Origin: Camelus ferus
Lineage: Eukaryota
Length of the DNA stretch: 64,000 nt
Direction of reading: 5' to 3'
NCBI RefSeq assembly: GCF_009834535.1
Contig: NC_045697.1
Coordinates: 870,001-934,000 of the forward strand
Shown: piece by piece, positions 22,481-34,270 of the stretch
How positions within the stretch are numbered: the first letter of the stretch is position 1
Layout of the letters: every line of letters begins with the position of its first letter
Notes under the pieces: model-generated
What the model saw: only the letters and a program-made list of their open reading frames with translations
Told to the model about the DNA's origin: nothing
Databases searched by the model: none
Position numbers and translations under genes: made by a program

Positions 22481-25400
22481 CAGCAGGGCTGGGCACTGGG
22501 CGAGGAGGGGGGCGCTCTGCCACACCCCGGGGCCTTGGAGAAAGGCCCCTTCAGGAGGCACTGGCTCCGGTGGGGGGGTGGGCCGGGGGCTCACTCCTAC
22601 ACCCTGCCCGGCAGCCTCCCCCTCAACCCCCAGACTCCAAGACATTGTCCCGGGGCTCCTGAGTTTCCCCCGAGGGATCTGCACCCAGAGCAGGGGTCCT
22701 GGACCCCTGGTCACCTCTACCCCAGAGAGCACTTCTTCCTTTAGAGTCCGGGCTGAGCAAGGAGTGGAGGGGAGATCCCCGCCCGGTGCTCGGCCCACAG
22801 TGGGGTCATACCCCGCTCAGCAGAGAGGCGCTCGGCTGTGGGGGCCACAACCACAGGCCAGCCCTCAGGTGTGCCCCCCACCCCCGCCGAGGCCTCCACC
22901 CACTCCTGGCTGCTCCAGCTCCAGGGTGGGAGGGGCCAGGGGGCTATGGGAGGTGGCTGGGATAATAGTTAGACAATTTAAGTGGAAATGAATGGGAAGT
23001 AGGGGCTCATCTCTGTTCCTTGCCTGGCTGGGAGGGCCCTGGGTCCTGCAGACCCCAGCATGGCGGGTGAGCCAGGGGGCTCTGAGCTGGGCTTCTGCTA
23101 CCATAAGTCACCCCTTAATGGAGGCCTCTGGTGGCCTATAGCCCTGGCACCCAAGGTACTTGCCCCTGCAGGGGCTCCCCCTGAGTGGAGCCCTCTGCCC
23201 ACCACCCCTTGTGCTCCAGGCTCCTCCAGAGCCCCTCCTTAGAGCACCCCTGGCCCCACAAGCCACAGTGGGAACTGTAGCCAGAGGCACACCCTCCTCC
23301 CTGCACCTCCTGCACCGCTGCTGGACAGCAGGACTGAGCTGCGTCTCCTGCACCCGAGTCCAGCACACAGACGGTGCCTGGCTGGTCTTGGGGGAGGTCC
23401 AGGGGCTTCTCTGGTGAAGGCTCCTCTGGCTTTGACAGGTGTTCTCTGGGCTTTCCAGGCACCCCGGCTGAAAACAGGGCTTGGCGGGCTTGGTGAGCTG
23501 AAGCCCACCTCTCTCCAGAGTTCCCGCTAGGCTGCGGGGATGCCCTCATGCTTTAGCCAGATGCCCACCCTCGGGCTGAGGCCTAGCCTACGGCCACCCG
23601 ACTCCTGGTCTCCTCAGCTTCCCTGCCCCCTCTAGTCCTTGCAGCCATGCCCTCCTGTCACCTCACCCCAGCTCTCAGGTGAGTGGAGATTCTCAGGGGC
23701 ACAAACAGCTGGACAAAGACAGAGGGGCTGGAAAGACCAAAACATTGCCCAGGCCCCAGGCCAGGCACAGGTACAGCTACAACTCAGGGTCCCCGAGCCC
23801 ACCTGCCGGGCTCAGTTCACACTGCCTCCTCCTCCTCTCTCACCCAGCCCAGAGGAAGCCCGCTGAGCTGACCAGGCCAAAATGGGGCCCGGAGGCTCAA
23901 GCTGACCATGACACCACTCTGGGCCTTGCCCCCGTGCTTCTGGGAGATGGCAGAGGGGAGGTGCCTAACAGGCAAACCCCACGGTGGGCCTGGGTGTGGT
24001 CCCCATGCGGCAGCCCACCCAACTGTGTCCGGACCGAGGCTGACCGGGGGCAGGCCCGGGTGCGGACGAACACCTGTGTGCCAAGCTCACTCATCCTCCA
24101 CCTAGTCTCTGCGGCGATCTGAAAACTGGCGAGGGGGTGCTCCCCAGGGGTCACGCAGCCCTTTGCAGATGCCCACCCCATGGGGCACCAGTGACTCACA
24201 TCTGCCCTCCAACGCAGGGTGGGGCCCCGTGAATGAGACTGGCTGGGGATGGGGCTGGCCTCCCAATGGAGACAGACCACAGCGTGTGAAAAAGACCCCA
24301 TCCCAGGTTTCATTGAGTGCAGAGGAGGAGGCCAGTGAGCGGTCAGTAAGGGCACCCCAGGGGGGCACTCCTGGGTGGAGGCCTGAGTGGTCTGAGATGC
24401 AGAGGGAGCTGGGGGAGGCAGGAACTGAAGCCACAAGGCATAAGGCACTAGGTACTCCCGCCTCAAGGGCACTGTGGGGACTTGGGTTTGACTCAGAAGC
24501 CCCAGGAGTCACTGCAGATACAGAGGGCAGGGTGGGGTGGGGTGCCAAGTCCTACCGGGGTGCCAGGGAAAGGGCCTGGGAGGTGGCCTTACCCTCAGGG
24601 ATCCTCCAGCCCCCAGCCTGCCACCCAGGAGATGAAAGGCCCTGCCCATGCAGGCCCCACAGTGCCCTTTGAAGGCTGTGGGAGTGCCCGCAGGGCAGTC
24701 AGGTGCCAGGCACTGGGAGAGGGGCTCTGCTGGTCCTGTGGCTGTGACCCAAAAGGCCTCCTGGCTGAGCCCTGGCCACCCTCCAGAGGCCACGCTATCA
24801 TGCCCTTGTCCTGTCTGAGATGCTGGTGGGCAGTGGAGGTCAGGGCATACCACCCTCCTTGACCCAGCGGCAAAGAGCAAGCCCTATCAGTGCCTCAGTC
24901 TCCCCATCTGGACTGAAGGTAGAGACAGATTCTGGAAATATGAGAGGAACAAGACTACTCCCCACACACCCCTGCAGTGTCAGCCTTACTGACCCCTAGG
25001 ACCCAGGAGAGGCAGGTCCGGAGGCCTCTCTAACCTCCGCTCTCGTGTCCAGGGTCCAAGGACGTGTCTTGGGGCCACCATCACCACTCAGTGGTCAGCA
25101 CAGAAGCTCTAGTTAGAACTTCGGGGCAGGCACTGATGGGGAGGGGATGTCCTGCCCTGGGAGGGTGTGCAGCCTCCACCATCACTCTGCTCTGACCCCT
25201 TGACGGCCTGACCTGGCTGCTGCGGCCAGGGGAGGGGGGGCAAACTCCAAGGACCTGTGGGCAGGGGCGGGGCCTGTTGCTCCCCAGGGCTGGGCTGGGG
25301 CTGGAATGTTTGCACTCACTGTTTGCTTGAGGGGGTGTCCACCTCGCCTCCAGGGGCGCCCCTCCCCTCGCCTTGGGGCCCAGGTCCAGCTGAGTCTACA

Positions 25401-25599
25401 GCTCTGGTCAGATGGGGAGGAGGAGGGACCCTCTGGCTCAAATGGGGAATTCCAGGACCCGCTCTGATACAAAAGAGTCCTCTTGCCTCGGGCTTGGGCC
25501 CTCACATCCTTCAGGACCCTTCTGTCCCGTGGACTGGGAGACCCCAACCCAAATAGTTGCTCAGCTGGCTCCTCCCCGCGCCCAGCTCTCCCGCCCCAG

Positions 25600-26410
25600 G
25601 CTTCCCAGCCCCGCTCAGAGATTATGCAAATCCCCGGCGGCTCCTTAATTAAATCCCTAACGAGGCGCTGGGGCCGGGCCAGGGGCGTCGCTGAAAGCCG
25701 GGGTCACGCTCCGGAGGGGCCCGGCCCGTCTGCGACGTGAGGCCCCCGCGCCCCTCCTGGGCCTGGGAACCGCCGCGCCGCCGGAGGGGGCGGACCGTCC
25801 GGCCCTCACCCCACCCGGCCAGCCCCTTCCCCACCGCCCGCCCTGGGCCCGGGTCTCCCCAGCGGGGACGCGGTGGGACGGGGACAGCGCTTCTCCCGGC
25901 GGGGCGGCGAGGGTTCCGGGGGCGCGGACGCACCTGCGCCCCGTCCTGCACGCTCGGGGTCCCGCGGCCGCCGGGGTCGGGGGCGGGGCGGCCGGGGCAG
26001 CGGCCCCCGCGCCCCGCTTTCAGACGCCTGTTGTTGGGCCAACAGCCGGGGCCGCGGCCGCTTGAAAGGCCGGGATTAGCGAACATTAGCGGCCCTTTGA
26101 GCGGCGCCCGCGGCGCCCCTTCCGCCGGCCCCGCCCCCGCGCAGGCCGGACCGCGGGCCGAGCGGGGAGGGCGGGGGAGGGGCAGAAACGGGGGCGGGGG
26201 CGGGGCCGGGGCGGGGGCGGGGCGGGGGCGGGGCGGCCCCGCCGGAGACCGCTGGCGTCCCGCTCGCCCGGCTGCGGCCGGAATTCCGCGCTCCCAGGGG
26301 CGGCCGGGGCAGGAGGCCAGCGGCCCGCAGCTCGGTGGACTTGGGTGCCCGCCCCGCGGAGCCGCTTCTCCTGCTCAGAGCTGGGGCAGGCGTCGCTGAG
26401 CGAGAGGCCC
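25600..26410. promoter_or_regulatory. Orphan intergenic CpG island with GC-box cluster
   Basis: About 800 bp of very CpG-dense sequence; tandem GGGGCGGGG boxes at 26164-26236; octamer ATGCAAAT at 25624-25631. Confidence 0.75.
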
Positions 26411-26869
26411 CCTTATCCTCCACAGCTTCCAGGGGTTGACGTGGGGAGACCCCCTGCCACCTTCCGGTCCAAGGCGAAGTCTGAATGGCAGAAAGTCCCT
26501 CAGTCCCCACGCAGCTCCGTAGAACTACTGCAGCCGGGCCCACGCCCACCTCCAGGCCCTTGCTTCCCACCTTCTGCCGTCAACCCCTGTACTGCCTTCT
26601 CCCAGCAGCCTGCCAGGATTTTCCCAAGCTGAGCTCCGGACCCCTGGGTCCCTGAAATCATCTTCTACTGGAACCCTGGCTCCAAGATCACATGGGTGGG
26701 TTAGCATCCGTCCCCCAACACCCAGCTGGGGTCTCAGCCTTTTCTCTGAAAATAATTTTTAGGCCCTGGGGTCAGTGACTTCAGAGGGGGCCAGAAGGAA
26801 GGCTGCAGAATGGGGAGGACACTGTCCACAGACGAAACTCAGGGAGGACACTTAAGGATTTAATTAAGA

Positions 26870-27050
26870 ATTTAATAGCTGAGTGCTGTCTGCCTGCCGG
26901 ACCCGATCTCAGACACTTGGCTCAGCTTAGATGACAAGGAGATGTTAACTGTTACCCTCACTTTACAGATGAGGAAACGGAGGTGCAGGGCCAGGAAGCA
27001 GCTCCAGGTCACACTGCCAGCCGGTGCGGAGCAGACACCTGACCCTCAAC
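26870..27050 (-). mobile_element. MIR SINE
   Basis: ctttacagatgaggaaacggaggtgcagggccaggaagcagctccaggtcacac is a reverse-complement MIR core. Confidence 0.7.
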
Positions 27051-30000
27051 TTGCACACCCAGGGTCTCCTCCTCACTCTTACCCACCCACCTGCCTGTTT
27101 GGGGCAACTGTTGGCCCAGAGGATTCAACATCTATACAGCATTGACGGGCCTGGAGTGGGGGCCTCAGCCTGGACCATGTAGGGTGTGGCCTGGACTGGG
27201 CCTCCCCTCTCTGAGCCTCTGTTCCTGCTCATTGCTGGGGACCAGCTCAAACTTGACCTGCTTCCTGGGACCCAAGCACAGGGACTTGCACACATGTGCA
27301 TGCACACGTGAGCACACACATGCACACACACCAGGGCAAGCACTCCTGCCCTGGGAATAGTAAACATCTTCATCAGAGGAAGCAACAGGCCTGTCTCCCA
27401 AGAGAAAAAATGTGGCCAAACCAGACCCAGGCTGCCTGTGGGCCCCACTCTTGCTCCCACCCCAGAGTCAGGATGGCCTCTCAAGTTTGGTTGTAAAACA
27501 TTGACAGCACCCCCCCGTCCCCACTGGGCGGGTGTTGTGGGGGAGCACGGAGCTGGGCAGGCCTGTGGGACCGGGTAGGTGGGCACTGACGTGGCCCAGC
27601 AAGTGCTGGTGTCCAACGTGCCCATGCAGGTGGGCCACTGTGAGTCCCTTCCCAGCCCCCTCCCTGAGGGCTGACTCTCACGGCCTGCAGGGCCCGGGGG
27701 CTGCCCCTGGGATCGTGCCTGAGAGAAAGCGCAGCCGTCCCGCCATGAGCCCACAGCTCTGCTGCCGTGTATCCTCGGGCCCTCACCCTGTTCCCTGGGC
27801 CCCAGATGGCTCAGGACCCGCTTCAAGCGGACGTGGGGCCAGTGGGGCTCGAGGGGGCACCCGCGGCTGTGGGAGGCCACTGAGGTGATGTGGAGTCCAG
27901 GAGTCCTTCCTTTGCTGGCTGCAAGAGGTTTTGACTGACTCTGACCCTTTTGCCTCTGGGAAGGCAGGAGAGAGGCAGGCCCACCCCCCTACCCAGGGTC
28001 CCCCATCCCCCCGACCAGGACAAGGACAGGCCTGGCCAGATCCTATGACTCTGGAGAAACCACATGGAGCCTGGGGTTTGCAGCGGGAAACCCGATCAAG
28101 TAATGACAGGGTTGGTGTGGGGGTGACCGTCTGAGGGAGCCATCCCACCCCGGGCCTATCAGCAGGAAGGGCCCCATGCCCTCCTCCTCCCAAGGACAGC
28201 AGATGCCAGAAGCCAGGCCCCAAGGCCTCCTGCGCCAGCACCCCCTTTGCCTTTGCCCTCCTGTGCCCCTCAGCCGCTCACTCAGCCTGGCCGCCAACCC
28301 CGCTTGGCCAGCCCATACCAGGGTCCCTCCAGGAACCTTCTAGAGCTTCTGGGACTGCTCTTCTGGAGTCAACCCCCAGGGGGTTGTCAGGCGGAAAGGG
28401 GAAGCTGAGCCCCTGCGTTGTCACCTGCACCTCTCCTTGGACCAATGTGGCCCCTCTGTTCCAGCCTGAGCTGCCTCCAGGCCCCAGGGCTCCGAGTGAG
28501 GGCCTGGGACAGCAGGGAGCTCAGATGAGATCAAGAGAAATCAATGGTCGCGGTGTCTGGCAGCCGCCAGCCCCACTGGGGCGCACCCCTGCCGCCCCGC
28601 CTGGTGCACAGGCACAGAGACCTGCATGCCCGCATGTGAGCTCAGCCCGGGGAGACCCCCTCTCTTAGGCTCTGCTGTCCGGCCACCTAGCCAGGCCTTT
28701 GGGCAGCTCCTGGGAGGCTCCAAGGAAGCAGATGCCTGCAGGGGTCCCCGGAGGGTCCTGGCTGGAGCAAGCGGGCTGGTCAGCTCACACCCCACTCAGA
28801 AGCCGGATCCGCTTATGAGCCTCACTGTGACAGACCGTGTCAGCCCAACTTTCAGAAGGGGAAACGGAGGCAGGCCCCAGCGTACAGCAACTCCGGGGAC
28901 CACGGGCACGGGGCGTGCAGGGCAGCCCTGCCTGGGCGGGCACCAGGGCCTCCCTCACCGCTGCGGCCCAGGGCAGGCAGCTTTAATTACCACTGGCTGG
29001 GCCCACTGAGCCGCGCTAATCCGGGCCGCCGCTGCGGGCGGCTCAGGCGGGTGCCCCCTCCCCCGCAGCCCGGGCACGGGGTCCCCAGGTTCTCACGTCC
29101 TGCCGGCCCCAATTAAAGCGAGCTCGGCGGGGCGGCCTCTGTGCTAATGAGCTGCTCTGCAGCCGCTGGGCTTCACGCCAGGGGGGCACAGGGGCGGGGT
29201 GGGGGGTGGAGCTGGCTTGGGTGGGGTGACTTGGGACCATTTCTGAGGGGAGGCCTGAGGGACTCCCTCTCTGTGCCCACCTGCCGAGAGTGGAGCTCAG
29301 TGACCACACCCCCCAACGAAGGAGAAACACCTCACCGCAGGAAGACCCCCTCCCAGCTCAAAGCCGACAGCCTGCAGGAGAGCACTCAGGAGTGGGGATG
29401 CCCAAGTACAGGGCAGGAGCTGGGGAGGGCTGGGGTCCAGAGGGCCAGTGGCAGGGGCCCATGCTGGTTAGTGGTGGGGCTGGTGGCCTGGCCAGGTCAT
29501 GTCTCCCTGCCTGTGCCACCTCTCACCTGGACAGCGGCCTGGGACAGAGGTGATGGGAGGTGCAGGTCTTGGCATCTGGCTGGGGTCTAACACCTTGTGG
29601 GGCTTAGCCATCCCCCAGCATTTCACTCAGAGGAGCGGCATGGGGTCTGGGGGCGAGGAACCAAGGGTCCAAGGCCCTGGCACTGCAGGCTCTGCAGCTG
29701 GAGGGGGCAGGATAGCAGGGCCGAGGGGATTCAGCAATACAGGCTGGGGTGCCCAGCCCAGTCTGGGCGGGATGGCCCTGGGAGGTCCCTGGGGGAAGCT
29801 CTGTGGGTTTTGTAAACCTCTCCAACCCAGAGCTCCAGGACCCTGGGGAGCTGCGGCTCAGAGTTGAGGCCCTCCCCATGGTGATGGGGGGCCTGGTACA
29901 GCACGTGGTTGGGGGGTGGGAGGGTCCACGGCCAGACTGAGTGCCAGTGGGCTGTGAAGGATGGCTGGGTAGGGGTGGGGGGTGGGATGTCACCACTCTG

Positions 30001-33000
30001 TTTGCCCCCACCCTGGCCTGCTGAGCGACCTTAGAGGGGCTGCCTCTGTCCAGAGGCCCGGCTGGGTGTGTAGGAACCTGGAGGGGCTGGGACTGCAGGC
30101 CAGAAGCTCTTCTCCCCAGTCCCAGCCCGCCAGATAGGGAACTCGGTGCTGGGGCCTCTCGATTTTGCTGGGGCCTCCAGGTCTGGCTCCGGGTGCAGCC
30201 CCTAATCCCACTCCCACCCCGACCAGTTATGGACCACTGTGGCTTTGAAGTGGGGAACTGGGGCCTTGGCAGGTGGAGGCCCCATCTCAGCCTGCAGAGG
30301 CCCGGCAAGGAGGGACAGGCAGTGTGGGGGTTGTTGGAAGCATAGTCCTTGGCTTCCCTTGCCCTTCCCCACTCTGCTGACCCAACCTCTAAGGGTGGCC
30401 TGGCGCCCAGAGCCTGACCAGCAAGTCCTGCTGAGGGCTCTGGCCTGGTCCCTCTGTGTGAACAAGGATGCAGGCACAGGGGGGTGTGCATGTGCATGGG
30501 GCATGGGGCGCATGCGTGAGCACGTGGCCTCTGGGCAGGCATAGGCCCCAGGCCCTGGGAGGGGTCCTGGGAATGGCCTACCGCAGGCTCAGGGCTAGTG
30601 AGTACTTGTGGGGTGCAGCAGCTGACAGTGTGTGCACAGGAGGCCATGGGATGACCCAGTATGCTGGGCAAGGGCGCCAGCCGGTTGTCAGAGCCAGTTC
30701 GAGGCCACACAGAGGCCTGGACACCCAGACACATGTGCCCGAAGGCCCAGCAATGCTGGGTCACCTGGGGACAGGCAGCCCATCTCCCAGGGTGGGAAAC
30801 TGAGGCTGTGGGAGGGTGCCACAGTCACTAAAGGTCTCCTGCTTGCAGGGCCAGCCCAGGAGTCATAAGACCCAGAGTGGGGAGCCGGGCAGGCTGTAGC
30901 CGGTTCGCCTACCATCTCCTTGTCTCTCTGACCACTTCATTTGACCTGGGGTCTGGGGCCAGTCTGGTGCAGGGGAGATTTGTGTTCTGGAGAGGAGGAA
31001 ATGTCTTTGGACCCCCAAGTCTGCTCCACCCCCACCCCATGCTCCTCTGGGAAGCCCCCTCCCTATGGTCCCCACAGGGCACTGGGTTTCGGTGCTGGGG
31101 GAGGCGGGCACTCATGAGCCAGAAGCGGACGAGCCCCTGAGAGGTCCTGATGGGAAGGGAGCGGGCTTCCCGTTTCCAGCCGCTTCTCCCCTGGGGCCGT
31201 GGCCCACCGTGCCCGACTGGAGTCCGGTGCCAGCCCTTGTCCCCTGCACAGCCGGGGAGCGCCGGAGGTGCTATCTGTGACAGCAGCAGAATGAGGCCGT
31301 GGCACCCAGGGCAGGTGTCGGCGCCTGGGAAGGGGCCAATTGGAAACCCAACCCCAGCCCCACCCCCCACCCGCTGCAAACCTGGCAGGCTGTCCCCCGA
31401 GACTAGACTAGCAGGACCCTTGTCCCGGCCCCTCTCAAGTCGATCGGTCCCAGATATAGGCAGGGACTGGGTCCAGGGGGCCTGAACACCCCCCCCACCG
31501 GAAGTAGGGGGATGAGGTGGGAGGCAGCGGGAGGGGAGGAGACTCTCAGGTCTTGGTCTCCCATTTGCATGGAGGGGCCCACACTCTCAGTACTGAGTTG
31601 GAGGGGGCGATCTCAGATCCCAGCTCCTTTCCTGCTCAGATGGCCGCAAGATCTGGGTCAGGCTTGGGGCCTGGGACAGTGGGGCATGCTGGTGTGGGCT
31701 TACAGCTTTCACACCCGCCTCTCTCGGACACCCCAGGCCCAGACTGTCCCCAGGGGGTGACCATGATGGGCCAGCTTTCACACTGCCTGCTGGGCCTCTG
31801 CCCAGGTGTGGCCTCCACCCCAGGCTTCGTTTGTATGACCTTGCCACCCAGCCAGGCACTGCCCCTTCACTGGCCACACACGTTCTCTTCTCTCAGACCC
31901 CAGCCCAGCTGTGGCTGCCCTGGGAAGCCCCTATAGAGCCCCCCAACTCCAGACCCTACCCCTCCAGGCCCTCACTGCCCATGATGGGGGCTCCCAGGGA
32001 AGGCAGCCCCACCTCAGAGTCCTGTGTGTGGGGAATGTGTCTGTTCTGACCCTCCGTGACTGAGTGAGGGAGATGGGGCGGTGGCCCAGGGACAGAGTGA
32101 GGCAGGCATGAGGAGGGACCAGGCCTGGGGGCTCACTTTCCCGGAGCCTTGTGACCTGCTTGGGTTGGGCCCGTTCTCCAGCCCCGGGTGCAGCCTCCCT
32201 GGGCGGGCAGCCCCAGGCCCCTGCCCTTCCTCTAGAGTGGCTCTCAGCTCAGCCCAGATCCACAGCCCTGCTGCTTGCTGCTGGGTCCAGCCACCTTGCC
32301 AGCTACCTGAGCAGTGCGTCAGAGTCTTCCCAGCTTCCCTGCGCCCCCAGCTGCTGAGGGGAAAGCCCTCGCTGGGGTCAGGCTGGGCCTCTCACTGCTG
32401 GTCTCACCCTAGCTGCGTCTTCTGCTTGTGGAGCCTCTCCCCTGCCTCCTTTCCACCCCCAAGCATCTCCCCAACTGGGGCCACACAGCCAGTGGGACTT
32501 TGGGGTTGCTGCCCCCCCAGGTGACCAGAGGTCTCCCCTGGGCTCAGCTGGTTTTCCCAGACCTTCCCCCTTGGGCCCAGGGCAGCCACAACACGGCCAC
32601 TGAGTTTGAGCTGCGGGTCCACTGGCTGCTGCCAGCCATTTCTAGGCCCAGACCGAGGCCAGAAGAAGGGCAGTGCGGGGCCCACCCGTTGGCCCACGGT
32701 TCAGCTCCAGCATCCTGGGGAACCCCATCCTACTTGGGCTCTGTCCCCAGATACCAGCCTGAGTGTATCAAAACCACCTGGCTTTGGTTTTATGAAGGCA
32801 TCTCTGGGTCCAAGCCAGTGGCTGGGCTGAGACTGCAACCAGGGGTGGGACCTTGGGGGCTGCGGAGGGTAGAGGTCTTGGCGGGATGGGGCTGCCTGGG
32901 ACCCTACGCAGGTCACCCAAGGGACAGTGCCCATCTTTCCCCCTGGCCCACGCAGCCTGGGGTCTGAGGCGGGGGCTGCTTGGCTGTGCCACAGCCAGCA

Positions 33001-34039
33001 GCCACGCTCTGGGGCCAACGCAGGGCTGATGATCGGGGTGGGGACAGCTACTGCACATCGCAGTGTCAGATGAGAGCAAATGCCTCCGAGAGGGAACAGA
33101 CTGCCGGACATCCTGGTCCCAGGGCACTGTCTCACTCCCTCAGGTCCTTGGGTAAGTCCATCAGCCTCAGCACTGGGGGCTGTCCGCCGAGGGAGCTGAC
33201 CTTCGGGACTTAACTGAGGCCTCTGGCCTCCAGCAGCTCCCATGCCCTGGGCAGTCAGACCCCTTGTGAGATGGCCCCTCTACAGGGCAGGTCTAGCTGA
33301 GGACCCGGGATCCCCTGTGCCCTGCGCCTGGCCCTGGGCGACCGGGCTCTTTCCCTACCCTTAACCCTCCTCTTCCCATGGCTTCTTGGCCAGCCTGTCC
33401 ATCCCGGGTCTAGAGGACACAGTCACAGTGGGTGAGGTCGCCGCTGGAATCCAGCCATCCTGAACCAGCTGGGCACAGCCAAGCTGACGTGGACAAGATT
33501 GACAGGTGGACACTGGACAGACAGCCCAGGCCAGCCGGCTGACGCTGATGCCTCCTGACTCCCAGCCTCTGCCCGCAAATGGACTGTGTTTGTGTCTGGG
33601 GCAGGAGCAGGAGGGAGCAGCGCCTGGGGCGAGGTGGCCAGTGCTGGGTCAGCGTTGCTGGCCACCCCGAGGCAGGCAGGCAGGGAGCCCCTCCCACCCC
33701 TTTCACACCCCTGCCCCAGGCCAAGGACCCAGGCCATGCCCAGGAGGGAACACACTGCCCACCCTGGCCTGGCCATTGTGTTTCTCCATCCAGCCACAGA
33801 TGCCTCCACCAGGAAGTCCTCCAAGAAGAACATGGCCTCAGTGCCCCAGCTTTGTCCAGTGGCCTCCAAGGTCCTCACCCAACATCAGCCCGAATGTGAG
33901 CAGGCACAGTGTGGGGCGTGGGTCTTGACCTTGAGAGACTCCACCCTATGGGGGGATTGACCCAACCCCTCACTTTCTCCCAAATGTGCTCCGTCTCTCT
34001 CACACCCACAGTTATGCTCTCAGCAAGTCCACATGGCTC

Positions 34040-34270
34040 TGCCTTCAAGAAGCACCAGAATAGAGCACGTCTCACCCTCCGGACCTACCACCTGATCCAG
34101 GCCTCCTTCCCCTCCTGCTGGGACCCTGCATTCACCTCCTCACCGGCTCTGAAGCCCCCTCCTCCCAATACAACAGCTCAGAAACCTTAATCAGGTTGTA
34201 TCCCACCTTAGCCAGCCTGCCAGTTCTCCTGTCTCCCCCCAGTAAAAGTCTTTCTAGTAACCCACAAGCT
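34040..34270 (+). mobile_element. LINE2 fragment
   Basis: ccagaatagagcacgtctcaccctccggacctaccacctgatccaggcctcc...cctgcattcacctcctcaccggctct resembles the L2 body; boundaries approximate. Confidence 0.5.

Noticed and set aside
29604..30764. 386-aa minus-strand ORF
   Set aside because: Low-complexity Pro/Gly/Ser/Arg composition typical of GC-rich non-coding DNA; no homology recognised.
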